Positions 39,348 through 48,875 of a stretch of 64,000 bases of DNA are shown here, in pieces. The translations under genes and the position numbers were made by a program. The notes under the pieces were generated by a model, which worked only from the letters and a program-made list of their open reading frames with translations, was not told the origin of the DNA and did no database searches. This DNA is from Polyangiales bacterium (lineage in GTDB: Bacteria > Myxococcota_A > Polyangia > Polyangiales > Polyangiaceae): contig JBBRNJ010000008.1 in NCBI GenBank assembly GCA_038230375.1, positions 64,001 through 128,000 of the forward strand, given 5' to 3'. Within the stretch, counting starts at the first letter, position 1, and each line of letters starts with the position of its first letter.

Positions 39348-39905
39348 TCAGACTTCGAGGATGTCCTTCTCCTTGTGGGAAACGAAGGAGTCGGTCTGCT
39401 TGTTGCCCTCGGAGACGATCTCCTCGGCCTTCTTCTTGGCGCGCTCCACGTCGTCGGTGCTGGCATCGCCCGCGTCGTCGATCTCTTTCAGCATGTCCAG
39501 GGCGTCGTGACGGGCCTTGCGCACCGACACCTTGCACTCCTCGCCGTACTTGCGCGCGATCTTGACGAACTCCTTGCGGCGCTCCTCCGTCAGCGGGGGA
39601 AGCGGGATGCGAATGAGGTCGCCGTCCATTTGCGGGTTGAGGCCGAGATCGCTCTCGCGAAGGGCCTTCTCCACGGCCTTCATGACGCTCTTGTCCCAGG
39701 GCTTCACCGTGAGCATGCGCGCCTCTGGCACGTTGATGTTCGCCATCTGGCCGAGCGCGGTCATGGTGCCGTAGTAGTCGACGCGAATGCCGTCGAGGAG
39801 ACTGGTGTTGGCGCGGCCAGCGCGGAGCTTGGTGAGCTCCCGTTTCAGCGCTTCGTGCGCCTTGGCGACGGAGCTCTGGAGCTCCTTCAGTACGTCGTCG
39901 AGCAT
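39348..39905 (-). CDS. frr: Ribosome recycling factor
   Basis: LRAGRAN, VDYYG, LGLNP, PPLTEERRKE. Confidence 0.96.
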   Translation of the reverse strand: MLDDVLKELQSSVAKAHEALKRELTKLRAGRANTSLLDGIRVDYYGTMTALGQMANINVPEARMLTVKPWDKSVMKAVEKALRESDLGLNPQMDGDLIRIPLPPLTEERRKEFVKIARKYGEECKVSVRKARHDALDMLKEIDDAGDASTDDVERAKKKAEEIVSEGNKQTDSFVSHKEKDILEV

Positions 39906-40023
39906 GCGTTTTCTCCCGCGAGAGGCCTCACACCCTAACCCAAAGACGGCGGGCGCACACATTCCTTTTGTGCCCACCCATTCACATGTCCACCATGACG
40001 GGGGCCCGCTATAACCCAGGGCG

Positions 40024-41679
40024 GTGAAGGCTCGGGTTTTCGTTCTTGCGCTCGGGATGGCGATGGGTCTCGGCATGGGTGGTTGCAAAGATGCGCCGCC
40101 GCCAGCGCCCGTGGAGAAGGAGCCCCCAACGCCCCCTGCTCCCGCCGATCTTCTGGGCTGGGCAGTCATTCCGACGCCGGACACCTCGTGGGGGAAGCTG
40201 CAGCGCGCGGTCGGCGGCTCGCTCGGGCTGATCCCTTCCACCATGGGGGGGCTCGTGACGGCGCTCGGCGGCATTGACAGCTCGCTCTCTCCCGAGGTCG
40301 ACGGTCGCGCGCCCGCGTTCGTCGCATGCTCCGGCACGGCCGAGGACATGGCGTGGGTCATCTCGCTTCACCTTCGCGACGCGAGGCATGCGCGCGCGGA
40401 GCTGGGCGATGGCGGGCATTTCAAGACGCGCGATGGCCACGGCATGACGATCCTCGTCCCCGTACAGTCCACGCAGTTCACCGTCGCGTTCGACGGCGAT
40501 CGCATGCTGCTCGCGCGCCGCGAGTCCGATCTGGATGCGCTCGGCGTGTATGCCTCGCGTACGTTGCCCAAGGGCCCCGTACCAGGCAATGCGCTGGTCG
40601 CGGAGATCCCGAAGAGCGGCATGGCTGCATTCACGGGCGCGCTCGCAGGCGCATTCAAGGACCTCGCCGACGGCGCAAAAGCGAGCGAGAAAGCCCAGCG
40701 CGAGCAGCACGGAGGAAAACAGGCGGACTTCGCTGACACGGAGGCCGTCCTTGGGTTCGCCGACGAGTTCATCGGGGCCCGCACGAAGGAGCTCTCGGAT
40801 TTCGCGCACGCGAAGCTCACGCTCGACACCGGCGATGACGGTGTGCACGCGGTGATGCTGGTAACGCCGCAGGACGGCGCTGGCGCATCGCGCGACTTCG
40901 TCTCGGGGCTCGGTGTGGGCGACGCGGCGCCGCTCGTGTCCAGCTGGGCCGACGCCCGCGCAAGCATCCTCGTTCGCACCACGCCCGCATCGCGCAAGGC
41001 GCATGCGCAGGTCGTGTCCGATGCGCTCACGCGTGCGCTCGGTGCTCGCCTCACCGACACCGGCAGGAAGGAGATGGGCACCGTGCTCCATGCGTGGGAG
41101 TCCGGCGTGTCGGACGCGCTGGTGGTGAGCTTGCCCTCGGCCACGTCGGGCGCTGTCCTCGCGAGGGTGGGTGTATCGGACGAGAAGCTCGTGAAGGACG
41201 CGCTGGTTGCCGTTCCGCCGCTGCTCGCCGAGAAGGCGTTCGCCGCGCCGCTCGGCGTCACACAGGCCGTCACCGCGAAGAAGGACATCACGGGTGGAGG
41301 CTCGGCCGACGTGTTCACGTGGGCGCGTGTTGCGGACAAGAAGCGGGGCATCAAGGCCGGCTCTCTTGGTGTGGCGTCCGCGTTGGACTCCGGGTCCGCG
41401 TTTCTTGCGCTCGGCGAGGACCCGCTCCCCGTGTTGCTCTCCGGCGTTCATCCCGAGCGGAAGCTGGGCGACGACAACCTGCTCGCCGGTCCGCTCACCG
41501 CGCTCGGCTCCGAGGTGTCGGTGGTGGTGCTCGCGCAGCCGCTCAAGCTCGATCCCGGCCACCTTGGTGAGCCCGCAGCGCCCGGACTGCTCGCGCTCGG
41601 ACGACGCGGGGGCGACGCGATGATCCGCGTGGACCTCTCGCTCGGGCTCCTCAAGGGCTTCTCCAGGAAGGTGCTCTGA
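40024..41679 (+). CDS. Hypothetical lipoprotein
   Basis: MGGC lipobox-like after a hydrophobic stretch; long ORF with coding-like codon use. Confidence 0.7.
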   Translation: MKARVFVLALGMAMGLGMGGCKDAPPPAPVEKEPPTPPAPADLLGWAVIPTPDTSWGKLQRAVGGSLGLIPSTMGGLVTALGGIDSSLSPEVDGRAPAFVACSGTAEDMAWVISLHLRDARHARAELGDGGHFKTRDGHGMTILVPVQSTQFTVAFDGDRMLLARRESDLDALGVYASRTLPKGPVPGNALVAEIPKSGMAAFTGALAGAFKDLADGAKASEKAQREQHGGKQADFADTEAVLGFADEFIGARTKELSDFAHAKLTLDTGDDGVHAVMLVTPQDGAGASRDFVSGLGVGDAAPLVSSWADARASILVRTTPASRKAHAQVVSDALTRALGARLTDTGRKEMGTVLHAWESGVSDALVVSLPSATSGAVLARVGVSDEKLVKDALVAVPPLLAEKAFAAPLGVTQAVTAKKDITGGGSADVFTWARVADKKRGIKAGSLGVASALDSGSAFLALGEDPLPVLLSGVHPERKLGDDNLLAGPLTALGSEVSVVVLAQPLKLDPGHLGEPAAPGLLALGRRGGDAMIRVDLSLGLLKGFSRKVL

Positions 41680-41705
41680 TCACGCCTTCGTGATACCCGA
41701 CGGGG

Positions 41706-42542
41706 GTGGACCTCTCGTACCTGGCCATCCCGACGTTCCAGCGCGCGCTGCTCGCGGGGTCACTTCTTGCGGCCATGCTCGCGCTCCTTGGCGTGCTCGT
41801 CACCGCGCGGGGGCTCTCGCAGCTGGGGGACGGTCTGTCGCATGCCGCGTTCGGCGGGATCGCGCTCGGGATGTTCATCGGCGTCTCGTCGCCGCTGTGG
41901 GTCGCGATCCCGGTGACCGCGCTCGCCGCGATCTCGATCGGCACGCTCCGTCGCCGCGGCGGGCTTCGTTCGGACGTGGCCATGGCGATCCTCTTTGCCT
42001 CGTGCTTCGCCGCGGGCGTCATCCTCCTTCACGAGCACCTGAAGCGCGGACAGTCCGGGACGCTCTTCGACCCCGAGCAGCTCCTCTTCGGCAACATCCT
42101 CCTCGTGGGCTCGAGCGATCTCTATCTGGTGCTGGGCATCGCGGCAGTGACGGTCGTCTTCTTCGTGGTGGCGTTCGCGCATGTCGCCTACGCGACCTTC
42201 GACGAGGACCTCGCGCGTCTGTCCGGCATCCCCGTCGGGTGGCTGGAGAGCGCGCTGCTCGCTCTGCTGGCGGCGGTCGTTGTCGCCGCGATCAGGCTCG
42301 CGGGCGTCGTCCTCGTGAGCGCGTTCCTCGTCATTCCAGCTGCAACCGGCAAGATGCTGGGCCGCACGCTGCCGCGCGTCATCGGCCTTGCGATGCTCTC
42401 CGGGGTGCTCGGCGTGCTCTCGGGGTTTGACCTCGGCAACCGGCTGGAATGGCCCGCGGGCGCGACGATCGTCCTGTCGCTCTCCGCGCAGTTCCTCCTT
42501 TCCGTCGCCGTGGTGCAGCTCCGCCGTCGCGGCCGGGCATAG
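41706..42542 (+). CDS. Metal ABC transporter permease (ZnuB/MntB family)
   Basis: GDGLSHAAFGG, LLFGNIL, TFDE.LA..G, IPAATG. Confidence 0.92.
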   Translation: MDLSYLAIPTFQRALLAGSLLAAMLALLGVLVTARGLSQLGDGLSHAAFGGIALGMFIGVSSPLWVAIPVTALAAISIGTLRRRGGLRSDVAMAILFASCFAAGVILLHEHLKRGQSGTLFDPEQLLFGNILLVGSSDLYLVLGIAAVTVVFFVVAFAHVAYATFDEDLARLSGIPVGWLESALLALLAAVVVAAIRLAGVVLVSAFLVIPAATGKMLGRTLPRVIGLAMLSGVLGVLSGFDLGNRLEWPAGATIVLSLSAQFLLSVAVVQLRRRGRA

Positions 42543-42765
42543 CCGCCGCCTCGGGCGTGCAGGAGGCTCCGGGATCCCAGAACTGGGCATTCGCGGGCAG
42601 GCATTCGCGGCGGGCGCAAAAAAGTGTGACAATGTGGCGGTATCGAGCCCAATCCGTGATCGGAAAGGCATCGCGCCTCACACCTTGAAATGGGGTAGCC
42701 TTTCTCCGCCGGACACCCGCCGGATTCCCCACGCTACGGGTCTTACTCGACGAAGGACGTTTGCC

Positions 42766-44748
42766 ATGAGTCTCAAGCTTCGCGCACTCGCTCGGTTGTT
42801 GCCGATCTTCTTCGTCGTGGCGGCGCTCTTCTCCTCGATCGCTACCGGGTGTGGTCGCTCCGACCTTCTCTCCGACTCCATCACGGTGGATGGTGGCAAG
42901 ACGGACGGTGGCCCCGGGTCGTGCGGCCCGGCCAACTGCCCCGGAGGTTGCTGCGACTCGAATGGCACCTGTCGTGTCGGCACGGACGCGCAGGCCTGCG
43001 GTGAGCTCGGCGGCACATGCTCGGACTGCCTTGGCCTTGGCTTCACCAGCTGCGACGAACAGACGCACGCGTGCAGCAAGATCACCCCGAACTGCGACAG
43101 CACCAACTGCACATTCGGCTGCTGCGTGACGGACCCCTCGGGCACCCAGTTCTGCGTCGGCGGCACGGACGCGATGGAGTGCGGAGCAAGCGGCGCATCG
43201 TGTGCAGACTGCACGCAGTTCGGCGACATCTGCGACACCAACACGCGCACGTGCACTCCCTCCAAATGCAATGCGCAGAACTGCGCGGATGGCTGCTGTG
43301 TCGGCAACCTGTGTCAGCACGGCGGCAAGAGCGACACGGCCTGCGGCAACGGCGGCATCGCCTGCGACGACTGCGCCGTGCGCGGCCAGACATGCGGCGT
43401 GGGCTCCGACGCCGGCTCGAATTTCGTATGCGTGGGCACCGCCGCGTGCGGCCCCAAGAACTGCAAGGGCTGCTGCATCGGTGACGTGTGTGTCACCGGT
43501 GGCGACGACACGGCCTGCGGCCTGGGCGGGCCCCAGTGCGCCAACTGCGCTGGCAAGGGCCAGGCGTGCACTGCAGGCGGTACATGCCAGGCGCCCACGT
43601 GCAGCGCCGCCAACTGCGCGGGTTGCTGCCAGGGCAACGCATGCGTCCTCATGACGTCCGACGCCGCGTGCGGCAAAGGCGGCGCGGCCTGCAAGCCGTG
43701 CGGCGTGAACACCACGTGCAACGCTGGTACCTGCGTGGCAACGCCGCCCTGCGGTCCCGCCACGTGCCCGGCGGGTTGCTGCCAGGCCGGCGTCTGCGCG
43801 ACCGGTACGCAGAGCACCATCTGCGGCAACAACGGCGCGGCCTGCCAGAACTGCTCTGTGGCAGGGCTCACTTGCACGGGCCAGGCGTGCGTGAAGCCGG
43901 TCTGTAGCCCCGCCAACTGCGCGGGCTGCTGCTCGGCCGGCACATGTGTCGCCGGCAACCAGGACATGATCTGCGGCGCGGGCGGCGGCGCTTGCACCGA
44001 CTGCACCGGCGGCGGCCAGGTCTGCGGTGCGGGCGGTGTCTGCAAGGCGCCGTGTGGTCCGGCGAACTGCGGGGCAGGCTGCTGCAATGGCCAGGCGTGC
44101 GTCGGCGGCTTCCTGAACAACCGCTGCGGCTCCGGCGGCGCGGCTTGCACCGATTGCGCGGCAGGCGGCTCCACCTGCGACACCGCGGCGGTCCCGCGCG
44201 TGTGCACCAAGCCCAACACGTGCCCGCAGAAGTACGCCGGCTGCGGCGCGGGTGTGTCCACGCCCAAGCTCACCACGCATCAGAACCAGTGCGTCACATC
44301 GGACCTGCAGGATGCTGCGGCTGCGTGCAGCGGCGGGCTTGCGGGCAACAATTGTCAGGCGTTCTTCGCGTTCCTCGCGGCGAACTCGCCGGGCTGCGCG
44401 ACCTGCCTCGCACCGTTCGAGCACGACTACAACGCCAGCGACTTCGCGGCGATCTTCAACTGCGCGTCGCCGTTCGTCAGCAACGCCTGCAACCACAACA
44501 CCGGTTGCGAAACAGACTGCGAGTCCTCTAGCTGCTCGATGTGCGCGCCTGGCGATGTCACCGCGTGCGAGAACACGGTGCAGGGCATGGGCGGGCAGTG
44601 CCAGACCTTCCAGGGGCCGTCCGGTTGCATCAACGGGGCGCTCGGTAACCCGCCGGGCGACGCATGCGACCCGTTCGACCCGCGCTACAACTTTGGCGAC
44701 TACGGCCTCTTCCTGCAGGGAATGGGCAAGCTGTTCTGCCAGCCTTGA
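42766..44748 (+). CDS. Cys-rich repeat lipoprotein (eight 10-Cys repeats)
   Basis: ATGC lipobox; unit C..xNC.GCC..C..G....CG..G..C..C. Confidence 0.85.
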   Translation: MSLKLRALARLLPIFFVVAALFSSIATGCGRSDLLSDSITVDGGKTDGGPGSCGPANCPGGCCDSNGTCRVGTDAQACGELGGTCSDCLGLGFTSCDEQTHACSKITPNCDSTNCTFGCCVTDPSGTQFCVGGTDAMECGASGASCADCTQFGDICDTNTRTCTPSKCNAQNCADGCCVGNLCQHGGKSDTACGNGGIACDDCAVRGQTCGVGSDAGSNFVCVGTAACGPKNCKGCCIGDVCVTGGDDTACGLGGPQCANCAGKGQACTAGGTCQAPTCSAANCAGCCQGNACVLMTSDAACGKGGAACKPCGVNTTCNAGTCVATPPCGPATCPAGCCQAGVCATGTQSTICGNNGAACQNCSVAGLTCTGQACVKPVCSPANCAGCCSAGTCVAGNQDMICGAGGGACTDCTGGGQVCGAGGVCKAPCGPANCGAGCCNGQACVGGFLNNRCGSGGAACTDCAAGGSTCDTAAVPRVCTKPNTCPQKYAGCGAGVSTPKLTTHQNQCVTSDLQDAAAACSGGLAGNNCQAFFAFLAANSPGCATCLAPFEHDYNASDFAAIFNCASPFVSNACNHNTGCETDCESSSCSMCAPGDVTACENTVQGMGGQCQTFQGPSGCINGALGNPPGDACDPFDPRYNFGDYGLFLQGMGKLFCQP

Positions 44749-45851
44749 GCGCGCCCGCGTACCTCCTCACGGGGTATCCGTCCTTCACAGCGAAGAAGAT
44801 GTGCGAGGAGCTCCTGCGTGCGGGAGACGGCGGGGAGGTCTTCGCGGTGGTCCATGGCAAGCTTGCCAAGGACGCGGACACCGCGCTCTTGGATCTCACC
44901 GCGGACGAACGCGCGCGGCTTCACCTGTTCGACGGTGACGCGGCGGCGCTCGACATGGGGCTGTCGGGCGCGGAGTACAAGGACCTCGCACGGCGCGTGA
45001 CGCACGTGCACCACATGGCCCGTGTCAGCTACTCCGGAATCGACCGCGAGAGAGCGGAGGCCGTGAACGTGGGCGCCACGCGCGAGGTGCTCGAGTTCGC
45101 AGCCGCATGCGAACAGCTCCGCTGCGTGGGCATTCACTCCACCGCGCACGTCGCGGGCGACCGTCGCGGCCACCTGCGCGAGGACGAGCTCGACTGCGGG
45201 CAGTCCTTCCGCAACGTGGTCGAGGAGACGTCGGCGCGCGCCGAAAAGCTGGCCCGTCGCAGGCAACCCAAGGTCCCCGTATGCGTCCTTCGGCCGACCA
45301 CCATTGTCGGGGACTCGCGCACGGGTGAGGTGGACCGCCTCGACGGGCCCTACCTGCTCATCATGCTCATCGTGACCTCGCCGCCGGAGCTGGGGCTGCC
45401 GCTTCCCGGGCGCGCGGACGTGCCGCTCCATCTCGTGCCGCTGGACTATGTGGTGCGCGCGTCGCGTGCGCTGGTCCTCGCGCCCGACGCGCCGGGTCGC
45501 ACGTTCCATCTCGCCGATCCCACGCCATGCACCACGCGCCGCGTATTCGAGCTCGTTGCGGAGAGCCTGGGCAAGCGGACGCCGCGTGGCTTCATACCCG
45601 CGAACATCACGCGTGCGCTCCTTCGCACGCCGGGTCTGGACCGCCTCGCGTCGAGCCCGCGCGCGTTCATCGAGTCGCTCGCGACCCCAACGACCATCTC
45701 CACCACCAACACCGACGAGCTGCTGGCCGGGACCGACATCCGGTGTCCGCCGTTCGAGAGCTACGTCGACAAGCTGGTCGAGTACGTCCAGGCGCGCCTC
45801 CGCGAGAAGCGCGAGCGCGAGCAAGAAGAGAACCATGACACGCTGGCTTAG
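44745..45851 (+). CDS. Extended SDR / NAD-binding (male-sterility-like) protein
   Basis: LTGYPSF, GD..ALDMGLS, VNVGAT, RPTTIVGDS.TG, DGPY; TTGA overlap with the upstream gene. Confidence 0.82.
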   Translation: MSAPAYLLTGYPSFTAKKMCEELLRAGDGGEVFAVVHGKLAKDADTALLDLTADERARLHLFDGDAAALDMGLSGAEYKDLARRVTHVHHMARVSYSGIDRERAEAVNVGATREVLEFAAACEQLRCVGIHSTAHVAGDRRGHLREDELDCGQSFRNVVEETSARAEKLARRRQPKVPVCVLRPTTIVGDSRTGEVDRLDGPYLLIMLIVTSPPELGLPLPGRADVPLHLVPLDYVVRASRALVLAPDAPGRTFHLADPTPCTTRRVFELVAESLGKRTPRGFIPANITRALLRTPGLDRLASSPRAFIESLATPTTISTTNTDELLAGTDIRCPPFESYVDKLVEYVQARLREKREREQEENHDTLA

Positions 45852-45880
45852 GTGACTGGTGTTGAACACCAGCCCACCTA
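45849..45880. other. Hairpin at the 3' end of the SDR gene
   Basis: TAGGTG-A-CTGGTGTT-G-AACACCAG-CC-CACCTA. Confidence 0.55.
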
Positions 45881-46024
45881 GCCTTCCACCCAAGTGGGCC
45901 ACGTGCCGTGCCCCCTCCGAGCTACCGCTCGGAGTCCTCCCCCACGCCTCGCTGGGGCGACTCATCCTTCGGATGAGGGAGCGCGCCCGGCCTCCGACCC
46001 TGCTACGTACCCGTTGAGCTCGAG

Positions 46025-46291
46025 ATGAGTAGAGAAATAACGACGAGAATGAGCCCGGATGCCACGCCGATCGCGCCGCTGGGACCTGGAATGGTGGAGC
46101 GCCGCGTGTCGTTGCCGTCCCGGGAGGTCGTGTTCCTCAAGGGCATCATCGAGGCGCACGACGGGCTCGCGCAGGTCTACGCGGAGAAGGGCGGTGAGCT
46201 CACCATCTGCACGACCGTCGAGCAGGCAGCGGAGCTCGACGCACTCCTGCGATCGCTCACGAAGGACATTCCTAGCCTGCTGCTTGGCTAG
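46025..46291 (+). CDS. Small DUF4911-like protein
   Basis: REVVFLKGIIEAHDGLA resembles DUF4911; start uncertain. Confidence 0.65.
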   Translation: MSREITTRMSPDATPIAPLGPGMVERRVSLPSREVVFLKGIIEAHDGLAQVYAEKGGELTICTTVEQAAELDALLRSLTKDIPSLLLG

Positions 46292-46303
46292 CGTCCGTGC
46301 GAC

Positions 46304-47224
46304 TCAGAGGCACTTCATGCCGGCGTCCGAGTATCCCCACGGCCGGCAGATGAGAAGGTCGCCGCCGCTACCGCAGATGACGCGCCCGCAGGTGTGGCTG
46401 CTGCTCTGGCTGCCGTCGACGTAGGTGCCGTTACAGTCGCACGATTCGCCGCTCGTGCTGACCGCGCACACGTCGTCAGCGAGGCCCGGGTTGGCATTGC
46501 AGCCGCTGCTGCAGAACTCCGAGGCGACCGTCTTGTGGCCCACACAGTGGAAGCGGCTCGAGCGATCACCCATGACGCCGTCGTTGCCGCCGCAGTACCA
46601 CGCGTCGTAGCTGTTGGTCTGCGTTGCGCACGGGTTCTCCGGATCCGGCGGCGGGGGCGGAGCGGCGTGGATGAAGCAGCCGATGCCCTTGTCGGTCCGG
46701 TCCTTCGTTGCCCTGCCACCCGCAGACGCGTTCTGTTCGACGATGCCGATCTTGCCGTCAGTCACGGTGTCGATCACCGCCACGTGTCCGTCGGTCCCCG
46801 TCGTCATCACGACGAGGTCACCATGGACCGGCACGTAGTCGGAGTCCGCCTTGTGGAGCGAGAGGCGGCCCCCGTACGTCTTGTCGCAGAACTGCGCCGC
46901 ACTGTTGACCTGCGTCGCCCCACGGAGGTCAATGTTGAAGTGCTGAGCGAAGTAGCGCTGCGCGAGCTCGACACACTGCCAACGGGAGCCGACGCTGTCG
47001 TTGCTGTTGGCATGCGTCCCGTCTTCATCGCAATTGAGGTAGTTGCCGTTCTTCGCATTCGAGCCTGCTTCGATTCCGTCGATGGTCGTCTGGACCGCTC
47101 CACACTCCGGATAGTCGTCGATCCTCGCGCTCGACTCGCCGAGATGCTCGCCAGTGCTGGCAGAGCACGCCACCGCGGAAATCGCGCACACAACCACGCA
47201 CGCCGTCCAGATAGAACGAGCCAT
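46304..47224 (-). CDS. CHAP-domain lipoprotein with Cys-rich C-terminus
   Basis: AVAC lipobox; WQCVELAQRY, GHVAVI, VEQN; GGAGG RBS. Confidence 0.88.
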   Translation of the reverse strand: MARSIWTACVVVCAISAVACSASTGEHLGESSARIDDYPECGAVQTTIDGIEAGSNAKNGNYLNCDEDGTHANSNDSVGSRWQCVELAQRYFAQHFNIDLRGATQVNSAAQFCDKTYGGRLSLHKADSDYVPVHGDLVVMTTGTDGHVAVIDTVTDGKIGIVEQNASAGGRATKDRTDKGIGCFIHAAPPPPPDPENPCATQTNSYDAWYCGGNDGVMGDRSSRFHCVGHKTVASEFCSSGCNANPGLADDVCAVSTSGESCDCNGTYVDGSQSSSHTCGRVICGSGGDLLICRPWGYSDAGMKCL

Positions 47225-47304
47225 TCGACCCTCCGTTGTTGGCTTCCCCCGCGGCACGTCCGCTGCGTGCGTGTGCTCGCCTTTTCGGCGGCAATACGTA
47301 CCGG

Positions 47305-47320
47305 TGCACGGGGCGGGCCA
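47305..47320 (-). promoter_or_regulatory. Weak sigma-54-like promoter candidate for the CHAP gene
   Basis: TGGCCCG-CCCC-GTGCA. Confidence 0.3.
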
Positions 47321-47466
47321 CGATGCGCACCAGGATGACAGCGCCACTGGTGTCGCGTTTCCGCGACGTTTCCATGCCCCATGGTCGCGCCCCCATCCCC
47401 CCGACGGGATCCATGCATGGTGCATTCTTCGACCATGGGGCTCGCGGCCCACACCTTGGTGGGAGC

Positions 47467-48367
47467 TCAGGGCGCGAGCGCTGCGTCGATGCTCTCGTGG
47501 AACCAGAGGGCGGCCTTCTCCAGGTCACCGAAGAGGAGCTTTTCGCCCGGGCTTGCGGCGATACCGCGCTGCATCGCCTCGACGACCGCAAGGTCCTCCT
47601 TCGCGAACACGCCTTCGTCGATCAGCTCGAAGCTCCTGTTGAAGTGGAGCTCCTCGGCTTCTCCCTGGGGCAGACGCGGAACCAGCATCCGATGGTGGAA
47701 GCGCGTGCGGTCCGGAGCGAGCGGCTCGAGCCGAAGCACGCTCGTGTAGTCCGGATGAAAGATGAGCACCACGTTCGGAAAGACGACGTGGCTCGGTGTG
47801 ACGAGCTTCCGTAGATCGCTCGCCCCGATCTCCTCCGAGGACGCATCGCGGAGCGTGCGTCGCGCCGTCACCGCGCGGATGTGGGGACCCACGCGCTCTG
47901 CTTCGGCAGCGGAGTCGATGAAGAAGCGGTACACCGTGTCGCGATGCAGATGGCGAATGTGGTAGCCGTCCAGGAACGCGTCCACGATGAGCTTCCAGTT
48001 GCCTCGCACCTCGCGTGTTCGCTTGCGGTAGGCGCAGTAGCTTCCCAGACCGAGCTCCTCGAGATCGCGGTCCACGCCGCCCAGGTGGTCCTTCGCGCTG
48101 AACGGCGTGAGCTTCAGGAACACAAAGCCGTGGCGCACCTCCGCGTAGGCGGGCAAGAGCGACGAGCGCTGCTCCAGGAGCCCCGCAAACGAAGGTGCGC
48201 GTGCGCTCGGCTTCGAAGAATGCAGAAGACGTGTAGCGCGAGGAGTCGAGCTCGCGGACCTCTGGCGCTTCCTCCGCGTAGCTCTGGTCGGAGCCGATCG
48301 CTGGCGCACCTCCGTGAACCCTGGAAAACAAGCGCCGCGCGAGCTCGATGTGTGCCGTGTGCTGCAT
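47467..48367 (-). pseudogene. Rieske ring-hydroxylating oxygenase alpha subunit with the Rieske domain deleted and a frameshift
   Basis: N-terminus RYTSSAFFEAER in one frame; catalytic NWKLIVDAFLDGYH...H and EDL...MQRG in another; no CxH/CxxH between them. Confidence 0.8.
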
Positions 48368-48402
48368 GACTCCCCCGAAGCATCCCCCCAACGCCGTGGA
48401 CA

Positions 48403-48441
48403 TTATCTGGTATACGAGATAACTATCTTGCATGCAAGGTA
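48403..48441. promoter_or_regulatory. Two tandem palindromic operator-like sites, probably for MarR
   Basis: TTATCTGGTATACGAGATAA (48403-48422) and TATCTTGCATGCAAGGTA (48424-48441) between divergent genes. Confidence 0.7.
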
Positions 48442-48875
48442 AGCGTCCGCCCGCCCTGAAGGAATCCCTCAGTCACGCGCTCGTGCGGGCGTTTCGTCTC
48501 GTGAACCGCGCGTCGAACCGCGCGTTCCAGCCGTTCGGTCTGTCCGCAGAGCAGGCGCACGTCCTGCTCATCCTCTGGGCCGACGGGCCCATGAAGGTTG
48601 GAGAGCTGCAGCGCGTACTCGCCCTGGGCAGCGGCACGCTCACGGGCGCGCTGGACCGGATGGACAAGCTGGGGCTGGTGAAACGCGTCCCCGACGAATC
48701 GGACCGTCGAGCATTCCGCGTCGAGCCCGCAGAGGCGAGCGCCCGGAAGAGGAAGCGCATGGAAGAGACGGTCGTGGAGCTGGAAGAGGAAGCCTTCGCA
48801 TCCCTCACCACCAAGGAGCGGAAGGCGCTCCTACGTTTGCTGGGCAAGGTGGGCGACGCAGGCGAGGGGCCCTAG
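48432..48875 (+). CDS. MarR family transcriptional regulator
   Basis: GLSAEQ..VL, LTGALDRM...GLVKR.PD..DRR. Confidence 0.93.
   Translation: MQGKRPPALKESLSHALVRAFRLVNRASNRAFQPFGLSAEQAHVLLILWADGPMKVGELQRVLALGSGTLTGALDRMDKLGLVKRVPDESDRRAFRVEPAEASARKRKRMEETVVELEEEAFASLTTKERKALLRLLGKVGDAGEGP

Noticed and set aside
42620..42645. CRP-like TGTGA site upstream of the Cys-rich gene
   Set aside because: Only one half-site; no matching TCACA at the right spacing
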